DNA of 36,996 nt from Trichomonas gallinae (Eukaryota), in assembly GCA_008369845.1 (NCBI GenBank), contig MRSU01010490.1:1-36996 (forward strand). The letters are read 5' to 3'. Below the pieces are notes generated by a model. The model was not told the origin of the DNA and searched no databases. It saw only the letters and a list, made by a program, of their open reading frames with translations. Numbering within the stretch: position 1 is the stretch's first letter; each line of letters opens with the position of its first letter. Made by a program: the position numbers and the translations under genes. Positions 1 to 9,999 of this stretch are shown in pieces.

Positions 1-798
1 AAATACATTTAAACTAAATGATAAATTCAATATCTCTCAATCTGAAATTGACTTTTTGAGACCTATGCATTGACAGCCCATCTGATTCATTTCAGTCGCA
101 GTTATCACAGCGCAACATTGCTGCAATATATAATCATAAATATCTGTAACTATATCATTTATTATAGTATAAAATGATAGAAACGCTATTCTTGTGCGGA
201 ATTTGATTTCGAAAAAGAAATTCTGTTAATCCGTACGTTATTACATTATTCTCCCATTAATGTATTGATACCATCAAGTTATTATTCCAGTTTTCGGGTT
301 AGAACAGGGAATTGCAAAGAAAAACTCTTCCGGAACCGAATTACATCAATACATCATTCCAAAGCATGATAATAATGGATAATTAATCATTGGGTATTAA
401 CAGATGATGCCAATCATGTTTTAAACACAACAATCTGATATGATTTTGAATAATGAATTAAAATTCTCAAATTGTGTGCAATTTTGGTTTATTTCTCAAT
501 AAAATGATAGCATCCATTTTCAAACTGCATTTTGATTTGAACAGGATTGAATGTAACATATTAACTGACCTCCCTAAATTCATATTTGAAGAATAGAATA
601 TTCTCATCATGGTTACCCTATATATCAAAGAAAACACGAAAACATTATTTTGTCAATAGATTAGTTTACATGTCAAATATTATGATTTAGATTCTTGAAA
701 GTTAAGAACAGATTATAAATGTGGATATGCTTATTTTCACTTTTCACCATACAACTGTATGTTTTTCTTTACATTATTTCAAGAATGAAATATATCGG

Positions 799-1677
799 AT
801 GAAACACGCCAAAACCTTTGCAAATTTCGTCAAGGAACTTCATCCACCAAATACTGTCGATATTTTCATCCCAGTTACATCAATCCCTCAAATTCGCGTT
901 TCGACCAAAAAAGGCTTCCTCTTCCAGACAAGAGCAGTCCAGTTTGAAGCCAACAACGATGCTTATGAAGTTGTTCATCTCACTATCACTCCTGGAGCTG
1001 TTTACAGCCAACATGATGCTAGCGTCGATTTGCTGAACACAGCATTCGTTGCTGTTTCTCCAGCATCATCTGCAGTCCCAGAAGAGTTCCTGATGAAAAC
1101 GAATTCGTTGTTTGCAACGCTACACAAATCAATTCTCTTCGTCTTATCTGCTTCAATGTCCACGAGAATCTTTCATCAGATCCAAAACTCAAGCAAATTT
1201 GCAGCATCTGCGGAAAGGATAACGCTACATTTTGATACGAGAATGATCAATGCAATCTTTGAAAGCAGTGTGACAAGGAATCACACGCTACAAAGCTTAC
1301 ACAGGACCGGCAGATGTCCAATCTCTCCTCGGAAAGCAAATGTGCCAAGTTCACCCAGATCCAAAACTCGCTGTCAAATACTAAAGCACTAGATGGAGAT
1401 CAAGTTTAAAATCGCCTCGTAGACCTCTCAAAGGCCTACGACGCCTTCGTACACCTCACCAATACAAGCACATGCTTCATTACACGCGAAAAGACTCTCA
1501 ATAGTTACTTGAAGGCGGCCAACGACATACTCGACGAAATCAAAGAAACAGATAGAAGCCTAAATCACACCCATCGAAGAGTTGCACTTACAGTCTGTCT
1601 TCATAGCCAAGCTCGAGATCGAGATGAAGATTACCAAGTTCAAATTCGATGTAGGTTATATATATAGACACAATTGA
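799..1677 (+). pseudogene. Disrupted gene of unknown family (about 290 codons)
   Basis: Coding-like, C-ending codons run from ATG 799 in frame 1. The coding-like frame shifts at ~1271 (DKESHATKLTQDRQMSN...), has an in-frame TAA at 1407-1409 followed by NRLVDLSKAYDAFVHL..., and returns to frame 1 near 1545-1565 (ITPIEELHLQSVFIAKLEIEMKITKFKFDV) until TGA 1675-1677. Confidence 0.6.
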
Positions 1678-1835
1678 TGATATACTAATTCAAATGAAGA
1701 TAAACAGGATGAAATGATATAAATCATTGAAATGTACAAAGATTTATGCTTTATGAATTCTGTTTCATATATAAACGAATGGAAATATGATTAATTCTAA
1801 AATTAAATTCCTTTCGTATCGAAATATGATAGTTT

Positions 1836-2817
1836 TCAATAATGATGCATCTGATCATTGAAATATAAAGTGTTAAGAATAAAACATTTTATTAGAGTTA
1901 TGAGAATCCTTATGAGATTTGATTCATTCCGTTTGAGCAGATTGTAATAGATTGAGAGATATGCATAAGTTAAGGCGGCTTTATTGTAATTGTCTTTCGA
2001 GTTGATTTCAAATTCTGGAAATCTAAAAAGAATTTTAACAATCTCATGAAAATCATTTTTTGCTGCAAGCATTAATGCAGTTTCACCATAAATTCTCTTC
2101 ACATTGACATCAATTCCAGGGCATCTAAGAAGAATCTTGGTAATTTTGAAATGTTTAGTAATTATCGCTTCCATTAGAGCAGTTACACCACTTACATTCT
2201 TTGCATTAAATCTTCATAGCCTAACTCTGAAGCAACAATTAATGGTGTGAAACTGTTATCTTCATTTCCATTCACATCTATTCCAGGAAACTTGAGAAGA
2301 TTTGGAAGTATATCAGAATTATAACGACACATCATATATACTGTGTTTCCATCATCAGTGTCGATTTGTTCAGAGATTCGATTCAGAATTTTGTAGATCC
2401 TATTGATTGCATCAATATTGCAGTTCTTGAGTTCGAAGATTGCTGCATGAACATCTATATTATCGTTTGAGTTTTTCATTGTTCTTGTTTTTCTTGAGTT
2501 CGCCAGAAAGATGAATGATTTTCGCAAATGCGTAAAGAACTATGTCTGATATTGAGTTGAAGGCATCGCATTCAATGCACTTCCAATGGTCGTAGTTTGT
2601 CTTTTGGATCAAAATCGGGACATATATGACGAATAGCATTAAACCTGTCTTCGAAGCTGTATTTCGACTGGAACTTGTTGAGGACGTATATCGATTCCTT
2701 TAGGCTTTCGTTTTTAAGAGTTTCAGCGTGCTGCTCTATACTGAGCGAATCAATAAGCGTGTCATTGGAGATCATCTCATGAATTGTTCGGTTGCGAAAA
2801 TTATCGACCGAATCCAT
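1836..2817 (-). pseudogene. Ankyrin-repeat protein pseudogene split over several frames
   Basis: Fragments 2572-2817, 2192-2527 and 1836-2174 are collinear and carry ankyrin consensus (FTPLIVASELGYED, GVTALMEA, PGIDVNVK..GETALMLAAKNDFHEIVKIL). They join through frameshifts at ~2580, ~2475 and ~2210. Confidence 0.8.
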
Positions 2818-3816
2818 GAAGCCGAGTTGTATAAAATAATTATGACACTTTTATTGAAAAAGAGGAAATAAAGGTGAGTGGAAAGGAGTAGTACTCTTTG
2901 AAGAAAACATCTATTTGTCGTCTCTCTAGATATTTTCTTAGTCGACCGCAATCATAAAACATTAAACTGCGTCATGATCTTTCAACATTTTTGTGATTTC
3001 ATGACAACTATTTTGTGAAACTCGATACAAAACTGTTTCATTGTCATAGTACTTTCTATCGATACATATTCCAAGAAATATGAAAAAAGATTGATTATTT
3101 CGTGATGATCATATATTGAACTTCAAACCAATACTGTTATAAATATGTTTTGCTTTATGCATCGACGACAATTTCCGTAAATATGACGAAATGTTTAATA
3201 ACATCATGATTTATCAGAACCAAAGATGTTTGATGTTTATATTTTTTGAGTTAATACCAATACCAGAGACAATTAAAGCATTCATTAAGTCTTGTTTGTT
3301 ATCGAATACTGCTTGAGAGAAAAAAATCTTGCCATGTAAAATTTTGTAATGTTAAAAATGACAAACAATGTTAAATCTTGAAAAAATAAAGGAACATGAT
3401 GCATCTGTAAACTCTAGATTTGACTTGTTTACATGTAGAAGAATCCTCATTCCGAATATCTAAATTAAAAACTTCAAATTTTTATTACAAACTAGCATTG
3501 AATATTTGAGATACACTCAACATGTGTATATTACATTTTACTTCCAACAGCCTAAAATTCGAGATAGAAAAAAAATCAATAATAGTTTGAAACGCAAAAC
3601 CAAGTTATTTCAATTCCACTCTAAATATATTTACAGAATTTAACATTAATTTTGTTTTCCACAAAATAGAAATTTTGCCAGAAAAAGATTTTAAAATGCG
3701 AAATTTAGAGATGTTATATGATATAGGACAATGATAACATAAAATGAAGGCGCAAAATTTTGTCCCAAAACATGGCCCAAAAAAAATTTTTGAATTGGTT
3801 TGGTCAAGAAAAAAAA

Positions 3817-3821
3817 TCATT
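3817..3821 (+). promoter_or_regulatory. Initiator (Inr) TCATT of eIF5
   Basis: TCATT lies 13 nt upstream of ATG 3830, matching the trichomonad Inr consensus TCAYW and its usual spacing. Confidence 0.6.
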
Positions 3822-3829
3822 AATAAAAA

Positions 3830-5050
3830 ATGCCTCCAAAGATCGCACAAATTCCTATTAAGAAAGATGAAGATGCCACATACCGTTATAAGATGCCACG
3901 CCTCACATCGCGTAAGCTTTCCAGCGGTAATGGTGTCAAAACCTCAATTATCAACTCAGCCGAAATCGCCAAAGCTATTGGCCGTACGCAGGCACTTCTT
4001 ACGCAGTGGTTTGGTTATCACCTTGCTTGCCAGGCCAGGATTAACCCAACATCAAGTCAAATCGTTTTAAATGGTGATCACCCAGTGAAGAAACTTCAAG
4101 ACTCAATCTACGAGTTCATCGACAATTTCATTCTCTGCCCATGCTGCTCAAACCCAGAAACAACAATGGACAAGAAGGGCAATCAATTGATCCTTCACTG
4201 CCATTCATGCGGCCACTCTGATCCAGCATGCCAAAACGGTCGTCCAAACTACATCCAGAAGACATACGACTGGATTCTCTCTCACCTTCAGTCCGAGCAG
4301 ACAAAGGGTGAAAATGTTACACAGAGAGCTCATGGAAGACTCGATGAAATTGATGAGTTCCAGAAGCAGAAGGCTGATGAGCAGAACGATGGCTCTACCG
4401 GCGTAGAAATCAACGTTGACGAATTAAAGAAGATAGAAGCAGAAATCGTTGCTAAGAATACAAAGCAACCAGAAAAACCAACAGAAGAGGAAGAAAATGC
4501 ATATTTTGAGAAGTTCGGTAAACAACTCGTCGGAGAAGAAACAGATTTAGAGATATTCGAGGAATTCAATAGTATGGCTGATCGTGGTGGCTGGAACGCA
4601 CCAACACGCTGCTCTATCATCATTAACTACCTCTTCAAGTGCCCACCAGAGGAAATCCTCAACGTTATGATGGACCGCAGAGCTTTCCTCATCCGCGTCC
4701 TCAACGATGATGATATCCAGAAAGATTTCCAGAACCTTGTTGCTAACTATATTGAGAAGACAGAGCCAAAGCTCTTAACTTCCGCACCAGTTATCTGGCA
4801 CTTCATGTATGAAAATGAAATTATCGAAGAGACTGCATTTAATAATTGGTATGCTCACCCATCTAAGAGATTCGAGAAGCCAGACAAGGCTAAAGCCCTT
4901 CGTGACCTTCTTATTCCATTCAAAGATTGGTTAAAGAATGCAGAATTAGAGCCAGATCCAGAGGACTTCGATGATGAGGAGCCAGCTGCACCTGAGCAGG
5001 AGGAAGCTGCTCAAAAGGTTGAAGATAAATCCTATATTGACGACATTTAA
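3830..5050 (+). CDS. EIF5: Eukaryotic translation initiation factor 5
   Basis: YRYKMP (GAP arginine), SGNGVKT, C4 zinc ribbon CPCC...CHSC, and a C-terminal W2 domain (YENEIIEE..F..WY, PFKDWL..AE). Strong codon bias; the stop forms TAAA. Confidence 0.95.
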   Translation: MPPKIAQIPIKKDEDATYRYKMPRLTSRKLSSGNGVKTSIINSAEIAKAIGRTQALLTQWFGYHLACQARINPTSSQIVLNGDHPVKKLQDSIYEFIDNFILCPCCSNPETTMDKKGNQLILHCHSCGHSDPACQNGRPNYIQKTYDWILSHLQSEQTKGENVTQRAHGRLDEIDEFQKQKADEQNDGSTGVEINVDELKKIEAEIVAKNTKQPEKPTEEEENAYFEKFGKQLVGEETDLEIFEEFNSMADRGGWNAPTRCSIIINYLFKCPPEEILNVMMDRRAFLIRVLNDDDIQKDFQNLVANYIEKTEPKLLTSAPVIWHFMYENEIIEETAFNNWYAHPSKRFEKPDKAKALRDLLIPFKDWLKNAELEPDPEDFDDEEPAAPEQEEAAQKVEDKSYIDDI

Positions 5051-5382
5051 AGATAAAATTTTGGTTTATAATATCGTGATATTTTGCATATTTATCATTT
5101 TTTCATTTTTATCTAAAATTTCAAGCAAATATAGAAAAATATTTCTATTTTATATAAGAAAACGTGATAAAATTTATGTATTCATTATTCTCTTTTATTA
5201 TGTAGATTTTTTGATTATTCAATTTTTTAAAATAATCGAAAAATCACTATAAAAATTGTGTTTTTTCATTTTATTATAAATATTTTTGGATTTTCATATA
5301 TGATTTCTGATATTGATATTTTTGATTTTTGAGCTATAAATCCAAATAATGGGCTTATTTGAAAGTCAAATCTTTGATTTGT

Positions 5383-5387
5383 TCATT
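5383..5387 (+). promoter_or_regulatory. Inr TCATT of J-domain gene
   Basis: TCATT followed by a T-run, 13 nt before ATG 5396. Confidence 0.6.
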
Positions 5388-5395
5388 TTTTTTAA

Positions 5396-5839
5396 ATGAG
5401 TGATTTATATTCTTTACTTGGAGTGCCAAGAGATGCTGATCCTAAGACAATTAAAAAGGCATACCATAAAGCAGCCTTAGAGCTGCATCCTGATAAAGCC
5501 AAAGTTCAGGATTTAGAAACCGAATTAAGATTCCAAAAAATAATTGAAGCATATACAGTTCTTTCCAATCCAGCTACACGAGAGGATTACGATGATAGCC
5601 TTAGAAGAAAAGAAGAAGAAGAGAAAAGATTTAATTCAATGGATATTGAACGTAAAAGGATGATAGAAGAATTGAAACAAAAAGAACTACTGAAAAAGGA
5701 CAAATCATCCAACTATCTTGAACCTTATAGAAAGGATTTAGAAAATGCAATTTCGAAATTAGAAAATTCTCAGCAAAATTCGATGTCATTCAATCAATTC
5801 GAGAATCTTATTATTCAATCTTTACTCCGCATGAACTAA
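5396..5839 (+). CDS. DnaJ (J-domain) protein, possibly DNAJC17/Cwc23-like
   Basis: N-terminal J domain DLYSLLGV...IKKAY..AL.LHPDK...F..I.EAY.VLS....R..YD, followed by a charged helical segment (RKRMIEELKQKE) reminiscent of DNAJC17. Confidence 0.9.
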   Translation: MSDLYSLLGVPRDADPKTIKKAYHKAALELHPDKAKVQDLETELRFQKIIEAYTVLSNPATREDYDDSLRRKEEEEKRFNSMDIERKRMIEELKQKELLKKDKSSNYLEPYRKDLENAISKLENSQQNSMSFNQFENLIIQSLLRMN

Positions 5840-6316
5840 TATTTTTATCGAAAAATGTTCAAAATAGTCTATTATTCTACTCAGATTATAAATACTCTAG
5901 GTATTTGAAAATAAGAAATCGATTTACATAAGGTCATTACCGATCAACATTTTACAGAAGAATAATATTATAGTATTGAAACCATACAGATTTCGAGTTT
6001 GATTTTTTAACATTATAAGTCTCAACTTCGATAATTTAGAGTTAAGAATTACAAAATAATCTTCAATAATAAGATATGAAAAACAAAATTTTTATACGTT
6101 TGGATGCTATTGCTAATGAAATATCTGAATAAATCATTATAATTGAAGTAATTTTTTTAATTCGAATTTTATTTGTCAAAAATATTTTTACATGTCAAAA
6201 TTAATAAAACAAGTGATAAACAGAAAATATGAATATTTGGCAGTCATAAGTAAAGAAAATGCTGCAAAATGAGGAAATCGAATAAATATAATTTACAAAA
6301 ACCGTCATCAGGAAAT

Positions 6317-6871
6317 ATGCTGATTCTTATAATTGGTGACCTTCATATCCCACAGAGGAAACTTGTTATTCCGGATCAGTTTCTGAAATTAATTGTTCCT
6401 GGTAAGCTTGATAAAGTAATTTGCGTAGGAAATCTCACAACCCAAGACCAAATGGCTTGGCTTAAGTCGCTTTGCAAGGATATCACAGCAGTCGCGGGTG
6501 ACTATGACGAAAAGATGACAGACGTTTCAGAAAGGGCGACATTAACAGCAGGAAACTTCAAGATTGGCGTTATTCACGGTCACCAGGTTCTTCCATGGGG
6601 AGACCCTGAGAGACTCGGATCCATTGGCAGAGAAATGAACGTTGATATTTTAGTTAGCGGTCAAACACACGTTGCATCTGTTTCAAGCTACGAAAATATT
6701 TTATTCCTCAACCCAGGAAGTCTCACAGGCGCGTATTCAAACACATCTACAAAATCTACACCATCATTCATGGTCCTTGATGTTAAGAAGGACCAGATGA
6801 CTGTTTATCTCTATCAGATCGGACAGACAGATGAAGTTGAAGTTCTCAGCTACAATCATTCTCTTATTTAA
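6317..6871 (+). CDS. VPS29: Retromer subunit Vps29
   Basis: MLILIIGDLHIP, VGNL, GDYDE, IHGHQVLPWGD, ILVSGQTH, NPGSLTGAY and PSFMVLDV match Vps29. ATG 6317 matches the family N-terminus and follows TCATC at 6305; an upstream in-frame ATG exists at 6269. Confidence 0.95.
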   Translation: MLILIIGDLHIPQRKLVIPDQFLKLIVPGKLDKVICVGNLTTQDQMAWLKSLCKDITAVAGDYDEKMTDVSERATLTAGNFKIGVIHGHQVLPWGDPERLGSIGREMNVDILVSGQTHVASVSSYENILFLNPGSLTGAYSNTSTKSTPSFMVLDVKKDQMTVYLYQIGQTDEVEVLSYNHSLI

Positions 6872-7028
6872 TTCCCTAAATTTTCAAGTAAAAAATACTG
6901 TATCAATAATTATTGATATTTTTATATAATGTAGTTATCGCGAAAAATCAATTGCAAACTTAATACATAGACACTAAACAAGACGAAACTCATAATGAAA
7001 AGCAAAAATAAATTGGCAATGATATTAG

Positions 7029-7211
7029 TTTACACGGCAAATGCAACAATTTTACATAACAAATTTTATTTTACATGTCAAAATAAACTTTACATATCAA
7101 ATTTGAAATATTTACATGACAATTATTAATTTTACATGTCATAGATTGTGTTTGAGAGGTTTACTTGCCAATGTAAATTTTTCAAATTTCGGTTTGAAAG
7201 TTTACATGACA
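7029..7211 (+). repeat. Array of eight TTTAC-nnnn-CA units upstream of the Sec23/24-like gene
   Basis: Units start at 7029, 7051, 7070, 7089, 7111, 7131, 7160 and 7201; consensus TTTACATG(T/A)CA. Confidence 0.8.
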
Positions 7212-7228
7212 AATTACGTTTCCAGAAA

Positions 7229-8890
7229 ATGCTCTCAACTTTTAAAACTCTGCCCTCGGCGGCTAAAGTCGTTCAAGGCATAAAGATACCATTTGTTGTA
7301 TCTGTCGAACCACTAGACAATTCTGCATATATCATTCAGGATGTAAACGTCCAAATTCCTCATTGTTCGCGATGTTTTTCCTATTTAAGCAAGGTTTGTG
7401 CTGTTTCTCCCGTGAATTGGTATTGCAGCGTCTGCTCACAAATAAATAACATCAAAAAACCGATACCACCCGAACAATACTCATCGAATGTAATGGAAAT
7501 CGTTGATATTGCAGAATGCCAGCCTTTATCTCATACAATAGTCGCATTCGCCCCAATGAAAGAAACTATCAGACAATACTTGAAACTTCTTCCGAAAAAC
7601 GCTCCGTTAAATCTTATAACTTACACAGACAAACTAAATATCATCCCAACCACAACTGTTTCCGAAATATTAAGCGAATTTGACACGACTCCATTCCCTA
7701 CATCAATAATTCCTTTCGAAACGGCTGCGGACCAATTAATATATGTTCTAGGCAAGATCAGAGATCCAGTTTGGCACCGTGTTTTTATGTCATCACCTCC
7801 ATCAGATATAACTAAGCATTCTCTTCTCGAAAATTTACAGAATTTATATACGACGAATACAAGAGTTGACATTTATTTCCTGGGAACCGGATTTTCTCCA
7901 TTACTACAGAAACTTGTGCAGGCATCTCCAGGTATTTCTCGTGTTTTCGCTCCAATGAACGAATCTGATCTACCGATCGCATTAAATTCAGATGCAAAGC
8001 GAGAATTTGCCTTCCAAGTTCTTGCTGTATTCAGGTCAGGAGTTGCCTACCAGTCCGAATATATATCATCTCCATATTTGGCCGCAGAAATTAGAGAAAA
8101 TTACGTAAGAATTCCAGTTTTGCCTTCCAAAAACGCTCCACTGTCGTTCAAAATATATCCTCCAGCGATAGACAGCCACATGAGGAAGCAGGCTATGCAA
8201 TGCGTCGTTAAATTCGTCCGCTGGAATCCGAAAACGAACAGATTGTCTCATTTGCACAGAATCATCAGCGAAGACTTCAGAATATCATCATCACTTGAAG
8301 AAATATTGTCTGGCGTTGATCCTTCCCTGCTCTTCATGCAGTGGATCAGAGAAGTACAGCTTCTTGCACCAGGCCAAATGGGCCCAGAACTCCTCAAAAG
8401 AACCAAAGAAATTGTCCCTTATATCAACGCTGCACAGAACTTGAGGCCGATCGCTTCTATGTCATTCATAGCCAAGAGCCACCCAGCCTTATCAACAGCC
8501 TTCTGGGATAGGATATCTATGAGCTCACAACTCTCTTTGGCTTCGCCGAGAATCGCGAAGACACTTTTCTCATTCGTCGTCGAGGTATATGATAGAAATG
8601 ACAAACTCATCATGTCCGGTTTGTCTGTTGAAGAGCATCTCCAGAAGAAGGAGTACATATACGTGCTCAAGAGCTTCCCGAACCTGTTCATTCTTTCAAA
8701 CGAAGGCGATTATAGCGTCGTCGAAGGTTCTAACATCGACAAGTCGATAAAATACTTCATGGAAGAATGTATTCCAATGACAGTACGCCTCGTACAGAGC
8801 GAGTATGACACTCTCAAGGACCTGCTCTCTGTAGATGAGGAGGAAGGACTTCAAGGTTTCTTGGAATCAATCGGATTATCATCACTTTAA
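7229..8890 (+). CDS. Divergent Sec23/Sec24-like zinc-finger protein
   Basis: N-terminal IPFVVSVEPL strand, then a zf-Sec23_Sec24-type finger (CSRCFSYL...WYCSVCSQIN) and a degenerate vWA-like trunk (RVDIYF, GISRVF). First ATG is 7229. Confidence 0.75.
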   Translation: MLSTFKTLPSAAKVVQGIKIPFVVSVEPLDNSAYIIQDVNVQIPHCSRCFSYLSKVCAVSPVNWYCSVCSQINNIKKPIPPEQYSSNVMEIVDIAECQPLSHTIVAFAPMKETIRQYLKLLPKNAPLNLITYTDKLNIIPTTTVSEILSEFDTTPFPTSIIPFETAADQLIYVLGKIRDPVWHRVFMSSPPSDITKHSLLENLQNLYTTNTRVDIYFLGTGFSPLLQKLVQASPGISRVFAPMNESDLPIALNSDAKREFAFQVLAVFRSGVAYQSEYISSPYLAAEIRENYVRIPVLPSKNAPLSFKIYPPAIDSHMRKQAMQCVVKFVRWNPKTNRLSHLHRIISEDFRISSSLEEILSGVDPSLLFMQWIREVQLLAPGQMGPELLKRTKEIVPYINAAQNLRPIASMSFIAKSHPALSTAFWDRISMSSQLSLASPRIAKTLFSFVVEVYDRNDKLIMSGLSVEEHLQKKEYIYVLKSFPNLFILSNEGDYSVVEGSNIDKSIKYFMEECIPMTVRLVQSEYDTLKDLLSVDEEEGLQGFLESIGLSSL

Positions 8891-9999
8891 CTGTTTAATA
8901 TAAATCTTTTTTATGTTTCTTTCTTTAATAATGATTTGAAGCGTATCTCATTAACAGAAGCATTGAAATTATGAGTTTGCTTCAATCTATTATGTTTTTT
9001 TAAATTATTGAACAGCTTGAATTAAGAATTATTGAACATGGTTTAATTCGATCAAATTGAAGGTCCCAATGAATATCCAAGCTATTACAAGATTTTTCGA
9101 GTATTTCAATATATCTATCCGAATTACATTAGCTTAAACATTGGATGTAATATTTGTATGACTGAAAAAAAGATTTGAAATGCAATGCATCCTTAAATAA
9201 GTTAATTAAAATGAATAATCTTGAATCAAATAGATATTTTAGTCAGAGACTAGTAATATACATAATTTGGCGAGAATAATTAAATTAATGAGTTAGAATT
9301 ATTAATTGCAACCAAACGAATTCAGATTATTTTGATTTCGAGCAGATAAGTTTGGGAATATATAAATCCCAATATATATGTCCCAATGATTACAGTGAGC
9401 AATGTGAAATCGAGTTTGCAATGTTGACAATAAAAATTTCGAAATTTTGGAAATAAAATTGATTTCTCAAGGCCAATTCCCATACTGAACGTGTTAAATG
9501 AATCTCCACGATCTGTTTATATCTTATTTATCCATAATTAACCAAATTTAAAATTTTGCGACGTTTTACGGGCGTGAAAGCATCCTAAAAATGTAGTAAA
9601 CTTTTAATTCAATGGCTTGTGATTGTTTTCACTTTAAATTACATTGAAATTTGAATTGAAAATAATCGAATTCCAAATTTAATTTTTACTCGGATAATTA
9701 GGGTCCCCCCTAAATTAAATTTTTAGATTATATCCAATTGTTTTAAATATAGCTATCAGTGTGAAGGTTATTTTTCAGCAAATTTCGCAATATCCTTAAA
9801 ACTGCTTGGCAAAATTTTCAAAATTGGTCAATTCTAATATTCAAAAACATGAATATGCATATTTTTGGCGAAAACATTGAAAATCTTGACGTTAAGAACC
9901 TTACTTTGCGAACCTTTCATTTTATTGCAAAAAACAAACATATACATGCCATAGATTGCATATATAATTGTTTTGGTGGCTCTTGTAAAATTCAAAAAA

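Noticed and set aside
1..620. Coding-like fragments on the minus strand (e.g. PEEFFFAIPCSNPKTG, ITYGLTEFLFRNQIP)
   Set aside because: Many stops and no recognisable family; may be an old pseudogene but cannot be supported.
3605..5252. ORFs 3605-3850, 3744-4070, 4330-4623 and 4971-5252
   Set aside because: Shadow, antisense or AT-rich frames overlapping eIF5 with no motifs.
9433..9448. Perfect 16-bp palindrome AAAATTTCGAAATTTT
   Set aside because: Low complexity; plausible by chance in AT-rich DNA.
9606..9618. AATTCAATGGCT resembling a conserved region of human RNase P RNA
   Set aside because: No complementary CR-I/CR-V (P4) pair was found nearby.
9698..9713. TTAGGG/CCCTAA as telomere repeat or telomerase template
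   Set aside because: Single hexamers only; a template needs about 1.5 repeats.
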